Assembly (NCBI GenBank): GCA_017601395.1
Contig: JAFNIQ010000005.1
Coordinates: forward strand, 1 to 56,090
Direction of reading: 5' to 3'
DNA: 56,090 bases
Source: Candidatus Brockarchaeota archaeon
Lineage (GTDB): Archaea; Thermoproteota; EX4484-205; JAAOZP01
The notes under the pieces were generated by a model. It was given only the letters and a program-made list of their open reading frames with translations, did not search any database and was not told where the DNA came from. Positions 19,511-28,851 of this stretch are shown piece by piece. The translations under genes were made by a program, and so were the position numbers. Within the stretch, counting starts at the first letter, position 1, and every line of letters begins with the position of its first letter.

Positions 19511-20554
19511 TCACGTCAGCGGGAGCCTCACTGCCTCGCTATTCTTACTGGACTGGTAGATGGCGTTGATGATTTCAATAGACTTTCTCCCCTCCTCGCC
19601 AGAAACCTTCGGCTCCCTGTCATCAAGGATTGCTTGGGCAAAGTCCCTTATAGATGCGGCATGGTTCAACGGGGGCGCTGCCTCCGGCCTAGCCCAGGTC
19701 TCAAGTCCTACCTTAGCCTCCTTCTCAGAATACGGTTTCTCACCCTTTATGTCTAATAGTTTAATCACCTCCCCCTCTAAGATGGCTGTGCCATTCGTCC
19801 CGTAGAACTCAAGCCCAGCCGGGAAACCGGGATAAAGGGCTGTGCTCGCCTGAACAAGTCCTAAAGCACCGTTCTTAAACCTTAGGGTGGCAACAGCCAG
19901 GTCCTCAACCTCTATGTTGTGGAAAACAGTGCTGCACTGGGCCCAAAGATATTCAACAGGACCCATGATCCAGACAAGCTGGTCTAGAGTGTGAATAGCC
20001 TGGTTTATCAGTGCTCCACCCCCCTCGGTAGCCCATCTCCCCCTCCAAGGGCTTTTATCATAGTATTCTCTCGTCCTGAACCATTTGACGGTTGCCTCGC
20101 CGTAGAAAAGCCTGCCCAGCCTACCGGTGTCCACCGCCTCCTTTATCTTGAGAACACTGGGGTCAAACCTGCCCTGAAGGTTTACACCCAGCTTCACACC
20201 AGCCCTCCTAGCCCTCCTTATCATCTCATCAGCCTCCCTGACGTTTATGGCCATGGGTTTGTCAACAAGCACGTTTACACCAGCCTCTAAGGCCTCTAAA
20301 GCCATGGGGAAATGCAGATAGTGTGGTGTTGAAATGAAAACCGCGTCAACCCTCTCCTTGACTAATAAATCCCTATAGTTGAGAAAATACTTTACCCCGA
20401 ACTCCTCAGCCGTCTTCCTAGCTAAATCCTCAACAACGTCGCATACGGCAACTGCTTTGACAATACCCTCCTTCTCCTCCAGGAGCTTCATGGCGCGGAG
20501 GGCAAAGTTGGCACCAACCCCGGCGCCAGCTACGCCGAACTTAACCTGCCTCAT
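19511..20554 (-). CDS. Gfo/Idh/MocA family oxidoreductase
   Basis: GVAGAGVGA, STPHYLH, VDKPMA, GGGALINQAIHTLD. Confidence 0.9.
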   Translation of the reverse strand: MRQVKFGVAGAGVGANFALRAMKLLEEKEGIVKAVAVCDVVEDLARKTAEEFGVKYFLNYRDLLVKERVDAVFISTPHYLHFPMALEALEAGVNVLVDKPMAINVREADEMIRRARRAGVKLGVNLQGRFDPSVLKIKEAVDTGRLGRLFYGEATVKWFRTREYYDKSPWRGRWATEGGGALINQAIHTLDQLVWIMGPVEYLWAQCSTVFHNIEVEDLAVATLRFKNGALGLVQASTALYPGFPAGLEFYGTNGTAILEGEVIKLLDIKGEKPYSEKEAKVGLETWARPEAAPPLNHAASIRDFAQAILDDREPKVSGEEGRKSIEIINAIYQSSKNSEAVRLPLT

Positions 20555-20666
20555 AGAATCTTCACTTGGAAACAGGCTTAAAAAGCTTAAACAGTTTCTC
20601 CTTGAAGCCCCTCTATGAACGTATTTAAAAAAACGCTGGGTTTCTTTACAGTCGTGTTTGCTACAA

Positions 20667-20936
20667 CTACAGGGAGGCCTTCATCTTCTCAAGGTACTCC
20701 TTTATGAACCTGAGGTTCTCAACCGTCTTAGGAATGTAATTCGCATACGCCAGGCTTCCCCGGTATCCTTCCTCCACACCCTTTATAATTTCATCAATGT
20801 TTTCCCTCGTAATGTTTTTCAACTGTTCCTTAAGATTTTCTAAGCCTTTTATAGCGCTACTGGCCTCGGAGGAAAACATCCTGTAAGGCTTCAACTCAGC
20901 TATGCACTCATCAATCTTCGCCTCAACTTCAGACAT
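20667..20936 (-). CDS. Small helical hypothetical protein
   Basis: Probable start MSEVEAKID, preceded by TGGTGG; amphipathic helical pattern. Confidence 0.6.
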   Translation of the reverse strand: MSEVEAKIDECIAELKPYRMFSSEASSAIKGLENLKEQLKNITRENIDEIIKGVEEGYRGSLAYANYIPKTVENLRFIKEYLEKMKASL

Positions 20937-21037
20937 TGAGACCACCATTTTGAAAAATCTTGGAAACCTATTAAATTTTACTCGGAGAGCACGTGGCAAA
21001 AGCATGGTCCTCCTTCACGTTGAAACAAAATTCAGTT

Positions 21038-21241
21038 TTAGTCAAGCATGTTTAGATAGCTTTCCAATTCCGATATGCGCTGTTTAACCTTGCTTAATAT
21101 TTCCCTCAGCTCTTCGAAGTCTCCACGCGATAAAGCAGTATTCAGGCTCTGAACGATCTTCGATAATTCTTCAGCACACTTTATTGTCTGCTCAATCCTT
21201 CCACATGCTTCTTTTTTAGCCTGAGTCGGCTCTTCCCGCAT
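21038..21241 (-). CDS. Small coiled-coil hypothetical protein
   Basis: 67 aa with a heptad pattern; overlaps the end of the upstream gene. Confidence 0.5.
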   Translation of the reverse strand: MREEPTQAKKEACGRIEQTIKCAEELSKIVQSLNTALSRGDFEELREILSKVKQRISELESYLNMLD

Positions 21242-21851
21242 TTTTAACCACCTGTAGCGCCACCTTATAAATGTCTTTCAGGCCAGCCTCCCCGCCCATC
21301 ATCCCAATGCCAGCGGCGGCTGAACCATGGAATGCTTCGCCCAAAGCCTTTAGAATAAGCTTGTCATCAACAGGCTTCTGCCTACCCATCAGCATGTTTA
21401 CGATGAGAAAAGCCTCCTCGTCTGAAGCTTTATTGAGAAGCCCCGTTAAGCTTTTAACCTTGAAGGCGATACTGCTCTTCCCACTTATCCTGCAAGCTTC
21501 AAGCATTCCCAGATAAGCCTGGTCGATGCTCAACCCTTTTTCGAGAAGTATGCTGCTCCTCCTGCTTAAAACATCCCTCAGCCTTCCGGATTGCACTAAT
21601 CCTTCAGCCTCATCCTGTTTAAGAAGAGTTATTCCGGCCAAGGCTTCTGAAACAATTCTCCTCATCAAGTATGTCCCGATAAGCCGCGAAGCCTCTCCGA
21701 AATCCATTCTCATTATCCTGAGAAGGGTTTCGAGGCAATCGGCGTCAACCTTTTTAAACAAGGCAGCCATTTCCCGGACAGCATCCTGCTCTCCCAACAC
21801 GCTTAACCGGTTTAGCACCTCAGCCACATCCCTGAACCCCCTGGCACCCAT
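21216..21851 (-). CDS. Stand-alone homolog of the N-terminal DNA-binding domain of ATP-dependent DNA ligase
   Basis: F..VAEVLNRL.. and LSIDQAYLGMLEACRISGKSSIAFKVKSLTGLLNKASDEEAFLIVNMLMGR..ILKALGEAF parallel the archaeal ligase DBD (LTV.EVY..L..IA..SG.GS...K...LAGLL..A.P.EA..LVR...GR). No KxDG catalytic domain. Confidence 0.6.
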   Translation of the reverse strand: MGARGFRDVAEVLNRLSVLGEQDAVREMAALFKKVDADCLETLLRIMRMDFGEASRLIGTYLMRRIVSEALAGITLLKQDEAEGLVQSGRLRDVLSRRSSILLEKGLSIDQAYLGMLEACRISGKSSIAFKVKSLTGLLNKASDEEAFLIVNMLMGRQKPVDDKLILKALGEAFHGSAAAGIGMMGGEAGLKDIYKVALQVVKNAGRADSG

Positions 21852-21852
21852 A

Positions 21853-22374
21853 TTACTGGAACCCCTCGTATAGGATCTTCATGCTTCTAGCCGGCGGCGG
21901 TCTCCCGCGGGCTGCTGAATCCGAATAACCCAAGGGGGTGAGTGAAACCGCCCTAAATCCTTTTGGAGCGTTGAGAATCTCTTCAACCCGTCTCTCGTCG
22001 AAGGCCCCAACCCAGCATGTTGACAACCCTAGACTTGTGGCCGCCAGCATAAGGTTCTCCATGGACGCGCCTACGTCCAGAATACTGTAGAGTTCAACCC
22101 CCCTCTTGCCGTATGCTGAAGCCTCCTCCAGCGAAACCAAATACACTATTACTATTGGGGCTTGAGATATGAATGTCTGGTTTAAAGCAGCCTCAGCGAT
22201 CCGCCTTATTTTACCCTCATCCGTTACGACAACTATCCTGTAAGGATGTATGTCTCCCGCTGAGGGAGCCATTAGGGCCGCTTCAAGAACCTTGTCGACC
22301 AGTTCTTTAGGAACCGGTTTCTTTAAAAACGACCTTACGCTCCTCCTTTTCAAGATGCATTCAAACGCGTCCAA
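21853..22374 (-). CDS. Nitroreductase family protein
   Basis: KRRSVRSF, APSAG, ENLMLAATSLGLSTCWVGAF. Confidence 0.9.
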   Translation of the reverse strand: MDAFECILKRRSVRSFLKKPVPKELVDKVLEAALMAPSAGDIHPYRIVVVTDEGKIRRIAEAALNQTFISQAPIVIVYLVSLEEASAYGKRGVELYSILDVGASMENLMLAATSLGLSTCWVGAFDERRVEEILNAPKGFRAVSLTPLGYSDSAARGRPPPARSMKILYEGFQ

Positions 22375-22476
22375 CGCTTAAGAAAACTTTACTGTTGAAG
22401 ATAAGGTTTTCTATCGACAAGCCTACTCCAGTCTAAGAGAAAACCATTCTCCCCATCAGTTTAGCTTGTTCTAAGG

Positions 22477-22797
22477 CTAGAGTATTGTTATGTTTCTTTC
22501 CGAGAAGCCGTTTTTAGACAAATAGGTGTAGACCTTCTGCCTATGGTCACCCTGAAGCATTATAGCATTATTCTTAACAGTCCCGCCGCATGCACAGTAA
22601 GCCTTAAGCTTCTTAGCAAGGCTGGCTAAGTCCACCTCCTTCGGATCAATGCCTTCGATTATAGTCATCTGCTTGTTCCACCTGGTGACCTCAAGCCTTA
22701 TGGTTATTATCTGCTCCTCCTTACTTAGCTCCTCGAAAATTTCCTTGTCATCAAACGGCTTTATCCTTTCACCTAAAGTTTCCTCTATCCCTACCAT
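22477..22797 (-). CDS. sui1: Translation initiation factor SUI1 (aIF1)
   Basis: TIIEGID, LAKKLKAYCACGGTVK, LQGDHR. Confidence 0.9.
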   Translation of the reverse strand: MVGIEETLGERIKPFDDKEIFEELSKEEQIITIRLEVTRWNKQMTIIEGIDPKEVDLASLAKKLKAYCACGGTVKNNAIMLQGDHRQKVYTYLSKNGFSERNITIL

Positions 22798-22869
22798 TTA
22801 CGTTTTATTCAGGGAAAGATTCTCTAGGATGCTTAAAAACCTTTTCCACCGTGCCGGATAAAAAGGACC

Positions 22870-23286
22870 TCAGGTTTCAACCTTGGCCTCCTCAACTTTA
22901 AACTCGAACACGATGTCTCTGAGACTATCGACAACCCCTTTTAAGCGCTCCTTCACCGGATAGTTCTTTTCAACATCCGCGATAACCTCCCACTCAGCCA
23001 GTTTACCGGGCACCAGGGTCGTTGAGCTTGTCGCTACAAGATTTATTCCTGATAGTGCAAGCGAGTTAGCAACCTTCGCCAAAGAGCCCGGCTGATCGGA
23101 TATTTTAAAAACTATCCTGACGAAGTTACCGCCCTGCCGGGCAGGCATGAGCGTGAAAACGTTTCTCTCAGAGTCATATGTTCCAACAGTCTCAGACTGG
23201 GGCCTAAGCCCCATAAGGTCTCTAACGGCTTGAGGAATCAAGATTCTACCCCTATCGTCTATTTTAAGCAGGTATGTCTTCGGCAT
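22870..23286 (-). CDS. AbrB/MazE-type DNA-binding domain fused to an ACT domain
   Basis: KIDDRGRILIPQAVRDLMGL (AbrB) and DQPGSLAKVANSLALSGINL (ACT). Confidence 0.85.
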   Translation of the reverse strand: MPKTYLLKIDDRGRILIPQAVRDLMGLRPQSETVGTYDSERNVFTLMPARQGGNFVRIVFKISDQPGSLAKVANSLALSGINLVATSSTTLVPGKLAEWEVIADVEKNYPVKERLKGVVDSLRDIVFEFKVEEAKVET

Positions 23287-23310
23287 GCTTGCCTCTCTTA
23301 GGAGTATTGG

Positions 23311-23325
23311 GAAAAGCTTATAAAC
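23311..23325. promoter_or_regulatory. Shared bidirectional BRE/TATA element between the AbrB-ACT gene and hisC
   Basis: GAAAAGCTTATAAAC. The palindromic TTATAA (23318-23323) is centred exactly between the divergent ATGs at 23286 and 23355. Confidence 0.55.
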
Positions 23326-23354
23326 ATGTGGGTCTCCAATGGAACTTCATTCCC

Positions 23355-24344
23355 ATGATATTCCCACCTAAGCCTGTTCGTCTAGACACGAACGAAAACC
23401 CGTTCGGCCCGTCTCCTAGAGCAATAACGGCCTATTTTAAGACAGCCATGCGACTAAACAGGTATCCGGATTACGTCGAGTACAGAGAGTTCATCTCCAG
23501 CCGTCTAGCGCTGCAGCCCCAGGAGGTTCTTCCAACCCCGGGTAGCGACAGAGGACTGCAGACCCTGCTGCAATGCTTGTCGAAAAAATATGCGCGCATC
23601 GTAATACCTTCACCAGCCTTCCTGATGTACACGCGTTTCTCCAGGCTTTTCTTCAACAGGGTTGAGCAGCCTCCCTCCTGGCTGGGCAGGGGTTGGGATG
23701 CTGTATTCAGACTTTCAGGCAGCGACGCCATCCTATTATTAGGGTCACCAAACAATCCGACGGGGGAGGTTGTTGAAGAAAGCACTGTAAGAAGGTTTCT
23801 GGAGGAATTCGGAATGGTTATTATGGATGAGGCCTATGCCGAGTACTATGGTAAAAGCTTCGTCTCATTTCTACGCGGCTTCAACAACCTTGTGCTAGTC
23901 AGGACTTTTTCTAAAGCATACGGATTAGCAGGCTTAAGATCCGGGTATCTGTTAGGGGAAAGCTCTGTTTTAAGAGAAGTCGAGAGAGCAATGGGGCCTT
24001 TCGATGTTCCCACTCCGGCTGTGGAGGCTTCTAAGGCGGCTCTTGAAGACGAAGACTGGCTTAGAATGGTTGTCGAATCAACTTCCATTAACAGGGCCTA
24101 CATGGTTGACGAGTTGAACAGGCTTGACGGTGTTAAGACATTTGATTCTAAGGCGAATTACGTCCCAGTCTACGTTGAAGACGCTCAAAGAGTCTTTGAG
24201 AAGCTTCTCGCTGAAAACATAAGGGTGCGTTCAGTAACATCTGAATGGGGAGGGATCGAGGAATCGTTTCTAAGAGTCACTGTTGGAACCATGATTGAGC
24301 TGAAATGGTTTCTACAGGCCTTAAGGAGGATTCTGGCAAGTTGA
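23355..24344 (+). CDS. hisC: Histidinol-phosphate aminotransferase
   Basis: RLDTNENPF, NRYPD, SPNNPTG, DEAY, RTFSKAYGLAGLR; start reassigned to ATG 23355. Confidence 0.9.
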   Translation: MIFPPKPVRLDTNENPFGPSPRAITAYFKTAMRLNRYPDYVEYREFISSRLALQPQEVLPTPGSDRGLQTLLQCLSKKYARIVIPSPAFLMYTRFSRLFFNRVEQPPSWLGRGWDAVFRLSGSDAILLLGSPNNPTGEVVEESTVRRFLEEFGMVIMDEAYAEYYGKSFVSFLRGFNNLVLVRTFSKAYGLAGLRSGYLLGESSVLREVERAMGPFDVPTPAVEASKAALEDEDWLRMVVESTSINRAYMVDELNRLDGVKTFDSKANYVPVYVEDAQRVFEKLLAENIRVRSVTSEWGGIEESFLRVTVGTMIELKWFLQALRRILAS

Positions 24345-25219
24345 ACAGCCAAGTTTTCCTAGCTCTTCCCAGCAAGGGGAGGCTTTTCCAGCCTTCGCTT
24401 GAACTACTGGGCTCATCTGGGCTGATAACTTATTTCCCTAATGATCGGAGTTATCAAGCGCTCTCCCGTTTAAAAGGGCTTGCAGTAGTTTTCAACCGAG
24501 CTGCAGATATTCCGAGGATGGTTGAAAACGGTGTCGTAGACCTAGGTATTACTGGGAGAGATCTCGTCAAGGAATCAGGCGTAGACGTTGAGGAGGTTCT
24601 TACACTCAACTATGGTCACGCTAAGCTTGTGCTCGCGGCACCCTCCTCGAGATTCAGCGAACTTAGCGACCTGCTTAAAAAAGAGAGTTTCAAAGTGGCA
24701 ACAGAGTTTCCAAACATAGCGAGAAGCTTCTTCCAAAGCCTGAATGCTAATGCCGAAATCATAAATGTCGAGGGAGCCTCTGAAACAATGCCGAACCTCG
24801 GTTTGTCTGACTGCATAGTGTCAGTGATGAGCACCGGCACAACGCTTCTAATACACGGATTGAAGGTACTTTCAACAATCATGGATTCGCAAGCAGTTCT
24901 AATAGGAAACAGGAACAGCCTTAAAACCCCTGAAAAGCAACACATTATTGGAAGCATCATATCAATTATTCAAGCAACCCAAATGGCACAGGGAAAGAAG
25001 CTTCTAATGATGAATGTGCCTGAAGAATGCTTGAAGGAAGTTGTTAGCTGTCTGCCTTGCATGAGTGGCCCAACGATCTCTAAAGTAGAGTCTAAAGAAC
25101 CCATGTGGGAAGTCATAACCGTCGTTGATTCAGACAAGGTTTTCGAAGTAGTTTACAACGTTAAAAACAAGGGTGCACGGGATATTCTCGTTCTAAACAT
25201 AGATAAGGTGATTATTTGA
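24341..25219 (+). CDS. hisG: ATP phosphoribosyltransferase (long form)
   Basis: ALPSKGRL, RAADIP, DLGITGRD, VATEFP, GASE, STGTTL and a C-terminal regulatory domain. TTG start overlaps the hisC stop. Confidence 0.95.
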   Translation: MNSQVFLALPSKGRLFQPSLELLGSSGLITYFPNDRSYQALSRLKGLAVVFNRAADIPRMVENGVVDLGITGRDLVKESGVDVEEVLTLNYGHAKLVLAAPSSRFSELSDLLKKESFKVATEFPNIARSFFQSLNANAEIINVEGASETMPNLGLSDCIVSVMSTGTTLLIHGLKVLSTIMDSQAVLIGNRNSLKTPEKQHIIGSIISIIQATQMAQGKKLLMMNVPEECLKEVVSCLPCMSGPTISKVESKEPMWEVITVVDSDKVFEVVYNVKNKGARDILVLNIDKVII

Positions 25220-25938
25220 TGAGGATAATTCCATCGATAGACCTGATGGATTCAAAAAGGGTTGAGGTAATAGGCCACATTGTGAACAAGGCTCTTGAAG
25301 ACTCCGACCCTGTTAAAATAGCAGCATACTGGGAGAAGGCGGGTGCAAGCATGGTTCACGTGGTCGATATAGATGCTGCGTTGAACACTGGGAGAAGTAA
25401 CGATAGCATTATTAAGAGGATTATACGCTCAGTCCGGATACCGGTTCAAGTCGCGGGCGGAATCAGGAGTAGGAAGCAGGTTGAAGACTATCTTTCAAAC
25501 GGCGCTTCAAGGATTGTTGTGAGACTAAGGCCCTGCTCGACTAATGCCCTAAACGATTTTTCAGGATTGGATAAAATCGTTCTAGGAATAGACTACCTGG
25601 GGAGAAACATGTTTAGAGACATCGGTAAGGAAAGCATCGTCATCGGTGAGGAGAAGGCTGCCAGCTGGGTCTTAAAGGTTGACGACGCAATAGGTTTGAA
25701 GGGAATACTTCTAACCGATGTTGGAAGAGAGGGCTCGCTAGCAGGGTTGCGCCGTGAAACGCTTTCACTATTATCAATACTTAGGGAAACAGGCTTGGAG
25801 CTAATGTACGCCGGAGGAGTCTCTTCACTAGAAGACATCTTGGCTTTGAAAGAGACTGGTGTGAAGGGCGTGATCATCGGGAAAGCTTTATACAATGGGC
25901 TGCTAAGCCTAGAGGGTTTAAGGAGGGTTGAGGATTGA
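25219..25938 (+). CDS. hisA: ProFAR isomerase (divergent)
   Basis: IIPSIDL, HVVDIDAA, VQVAGGIRS, AGGVSSLED, GVIIGKALY; operon position. Confidence 0.85.
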   Translation: MRIIPSIDLMDSKRVEVIGHIVNKALEDSDPVKIAAYWEKAGASMVHVVDIDAALNTGRSNDSIIKRIIRSVRIPVQVAGGIRSRKQVEDYLSNGASRIVVRLRPCSTNALNDFSGLDKIVLGIDYLGRNMFRDIGKESIVIGEEKAASWVLKVDDAIGLKGILLTDVGREGSLAGLRRETLSLLSILRETGLELMYAGGVSSLEDILALKETGVKGVIIGKALYNGLLSLEGLRRVED

Positions 25939-26516
25939 CTAGAACAACCATGGTTCGTAGAGAGACTGTTGAAACAGTAGCTGAGCTGGAGCTCACCTTG
26001 GACGGTGAAGGTGCACACACTATAGAGACACCCTACCCTGTGTTCAACCATCTGCTCGGAAGCATGATCAGGTTCTCAGGCTTCAACCTTAGGCTCAACG
26101 CTAGAAACACGGTTGAATGCGATGAGCACCATTTAATCGAGGATGTTGCAATAGCTTTAGGCGAGGCCTTAAGGAGGGCTCTTGGCGAAAAAAGGGGGGT
26201 GAACAGGTTCGGCTATTCCATCGTTCCTATGGACGAGGTGCTCGCTTGCGTTTCACTAGACTTGAGCGGAAGACCGTTCTTCTCCCACAACATGCGGTTT
26301 AAACAGACAACCATCGGGAACATGGGGACCAGCATGATTCCACACTTCTTCCGAAGCCTTTCAAACTCATCCGGTGTTACGCTTCACGTCCTGATCTTTA
26401 GAAATGGTGATCCGCACCACTTGGCTGAAGCCGTTTTTAAAGCCGCGGGCCTTGCTTTCAAACAGGCGGTTGCAGTAACAGGTTCAACGATCCCTAGCGA
26501 AAAGGGGGTTTTGTGA
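25935..26516 (+). CDS. hisB: Imidazoleglycerol-phosphate dehydratase
   Basis: [37 protein letters not shown]. Confidence 0.95.
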   Translation: MTRTTMVRRETVETVAELELTLDGEGAHTIETPYPVFNHLLGSMIRFSGFNLRLNARNTVECDEHHLIEDVAIALGEALRRALGEKRGVNRFGYSIVPMDEVLACVSLDLSGRPFFSHNMRFKQTTIGNMGTSMIPHFFRSLSNSSGVTLHVLIFRNGDPHHLAEAVFKAAGLAFKQAVAVTGSTIPSEKGVL

Positions 26517-27280
26517 AAGAAATGGGCTTAACCAAGAGAATAATCCCTTGTCTTGATGTTTACGACGGCGTTGTGGTTAAAGGCGTTAAGTTTTCAAACC
26601 TTAAGAGGATAGGGGATCCTGCAGAGCTCGCTGTTAAATACATGGAGCAGTGTGCTGACGAAATAGTTTTCCTCGATATCTCTGCCACGCCAAAGGGAAG
26701 GGAAACCATGGTGGAAGTGGTTAAGAGAACCGCTGAAAACCTTTTCATCCCTCTGACCGTCGGGGGAGGGGTTAGAAGCGTAGAGGATTTTGGGAAGCTT
26801 CTTAGAGCAGGTGCAGACAAGGTTTCAGTCAATACTGCAGCCGTCAGGGACAGGAGCCTGATTAGAAGGGCTAGCAGTATTTTCGGGCATCAATGCGTCG
26901 TTGTTGCTGTCGACGCTAAAAGAGTTGAGAAAGGGTGGGAGGTGTATGTTAAAGCTGGAAAGGAGCCAACTGGACTGGACGCACTTGAATGGATTAAAAC
27001 GTGTGAATACGAGGGTGCTGGTGAAATACTTTTAACAAGCATAGATGCGGACGGCACCAGGCTAGGCTACGATGTTGAACTTTTGCACGCGGCGAGAAGA
27101 AGCGTCGACATCCCTATAATAGCCTCGGGTGGAGCCGGCTCGCTGCAACACGTTTACGAGGCCCTTACGAGAGGGGGTGCTGACGCTGCACTCATAGCTT
27201 CACTCCTACACTATGAACAGTACAGTGTCTTACAAATTAAGAAATGGTTGAAGGAGAGGGGGGTTGAGGTAAGGCTTTGA
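26513..27280 (+). CDS. hisF: Imidazole glycerol phosphate synthase, cyclase subunit
   Basis: [36 protein letters not shown]. Confidence 0.95.
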   Translation: MKEMGLTKRIIPCLDVYDGVVVKGVKFSNLKRIGDPAELAVKYMEQCADEIVFLDISATPKGRETMVEVVKRTAENLFIPLTVGGGVRSVEDFGKLLRAGADKVSVNTAAVRDRSLIRRASSIFGHQCVVVAVDAKRVEKGWEVYVKAGKEPTGLDALEWIKTCEYEGAGEILLTSIDADGTRLGYDVELLHAARRSVDIPIIASGGAGSLQHVYEALTRGGADAALIASLLHYEQYSVLQIKKWLKERGVEVRL

Positions 27281-27558
27281 CCCTAGAGTACTTGGCTGAA
27301 CTGTTTGAAGTCGTGAAAAACAGGGTGCGCGAGAAACCAAAGGGGTCTTACGTAGCGAGCATCGTCGAAGGAGGAATGGACAGGGTTCTCGGAAAATTCG
27401 GGGAGGAAGCTTTCGAATTCGCCTCAGCGGTCCAGGGTAATGGTGACAAGGTTGCGGAGGCAGCCGATGTCCTCTTCCACTACCTCATAGTGCTGGCAGC
27501 ATCCGGAGTGGAGCTTGAGGAAGTCACAAGGGAGCTTGAGAGAAGGCGCAGACACTGA
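27277..27558 (+). CDS. hisE: Phosphoribosyl-ATP pyrophosphatase
   Basis: [20 protein letters not shown]. Confidence 0.9.
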   Translation: MTLEYLAELFEVVKNRVREKPKGSYVASIVEGGMDRVLGKFGEEAFEFASAVQGNGDKVAEAADVLFHYLIVLAASGVELEEVTRELERRRRH

Positions 27559-28178
27559 TGAGGATAATGATTCTTGATTGCGGAGTCGGAAACCTTGCAA
27601 GTATATGCGCGTCCCTGAAAAAAGTAGGAGCCGAACCTAGAATAGTCTCGTCAATAGTCTTGGAGGAGGGTTTCGACGGCCTAGTTATTCCAGGAGTCGG
27701 AAGCTATTCCGCCGCTTTCAAGAAGGTCGATGAGGAAAGGCGAAGAATCATGAGTATCGTGGAGGAGGGTCGCCCAGTGCTTGGAATATGCTTAGGCCTG
27801 CAACTCATGTTCAATGGAAGCCAAGAGGGGAAGCAGGGTGAAGAGGGCCTCGGGTTTTTCAGAGGATTTGTTAAAAAGATTCCTGTTAAACGGCTTCCAC
27901 ACATAGGCTGGAACAGCATAGAAATAGCCGGTAAATCCGTTATTCTCAAAGGTTTAGAGAACAACTCTTACATGTATTTTGCACACTCCTACGCTCCCTT
28001 GGATTACGCTGAGGATGATGCCGCCGCCTACGCCAGATACGGAGGCATAAGGTTCCCAGTTGTGTTCGAGAAGGAAAACGTTATCGGCGTGCAGTTCCAT
28101 CCTGAAAAAAGCTGGCAACCCGGGCTAAGAATCCTCAGAAACTTCTTAAGCCTCTGCGGAGGTGGGACAATTGTTTAA
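27558..28178 (+). CDS. hisH: Imidazole glycerol phosphate synthase, glutaminase subunit
   Basis: PGVG, LGICLGLQ, PHIGWN, YFAHSY, QFHPEKS. Confidence 0.95.
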   Translation: MRIMILDCGVGNLASICASLKKVGAEPRIVSSIVLEEGFDGLVIPGVGSYSAAFKKVDEERRRIMSIVEEGRPVLGICLGLQLMFNGSQEGKQGEEGLGFFRGFVKKIPVKRLPHIGWNSIEIAGKSVILKGLENNSYMYFAHSYAPLDYAEDDAAAYARYGGIRFPVVFEKENVIGVQFHPEKSWQPGLRILRNFLSLCGGGTIV

Positions 28179-28584
28179 AACAAGCGTTGAGAAAGCCAGG
28201 AGGATTATTTCCCAACTCAATTTTGAAAAAGGCCTGATCCCCGTGGTGGCGAGGAATGTTGACGGGGAAGTCCTGATGGTCGCGTTCATGAATAGGAATG
28301 CTCTTTCAAAAACTCTTTCAACAGGCTTCATGCACTACTATTCGAGGAGAAGGAGGAAAATATGGATGAAGGGAGAAGCATCAGGCTTCGTGCAGAGGGT
28401 TCTGGAGGTCAGGGTTAACTGCGAAAACAACTCTCTACTCTTCACAGTTAAGCAGGATGGCCCTGGTGCGTGTCACATGGGCTATAAAACATGTTTCTAC
28501 AGGAAGATTGTTAAAAGCGGCCACTTTAAAACGGTTGGCGAAAAGGTTTTCGACCCTAGAAAAGTCTACAGCGGTCGCTTTTAA
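28162..28584 (+). CDS. hisI: Phosphoribosyl-AMP cyclohydrolase
   Basis: GLIPVV, LMVAFMN, YYSR..WMKGEASG, ACHMGYKTCFY. Confidence 0.9.
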   Translation: MGQLFKTSVEKARRIISQLNFEKGLIPVVARNVDGEVLMVAFMNRNALSKTLSTGFMHYYSRRRRKIWMKGEASGFVQRVLEVRVNCENNSLLFTVKQDGPGACHMGYKTCFYRKIVKSGHFKTVGEKVFDPRKVYSGRF

Positions 28585-28851
28585 CCGTTGAGTCGGCATA
28601 TGCTTCACCCCACCTTTTAAAAAATGATGATAGCAGAACTTGGAAGACGATATGTTTTGATATTTTTTCAATATAAAATGAGCAGGCAAAAGAAAACCCG
28701 CTTAGAGGGAGGATGAGGGTCTAGCACGCACTCAATAAACTGGCGCCACCTCGGCGAACTTTCGTTTTCAAAGATGGTCTAGGAGAACCGTCTTTGGTTG
28801 GATAAGCAGTAAAGGCTTAAGTATCGGCTAAAGTTAATTCCTGTCTCGACT

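Noticed and set aside
28769-28796. 10-bp hairpin CAAAGATGGT-N8-ACCGTCTTTG, and an ATGATGA at 28624, after the his operon
   Set aside because: Isolated, with no U-tract and no D box; not enough to call an RNA or terminator.
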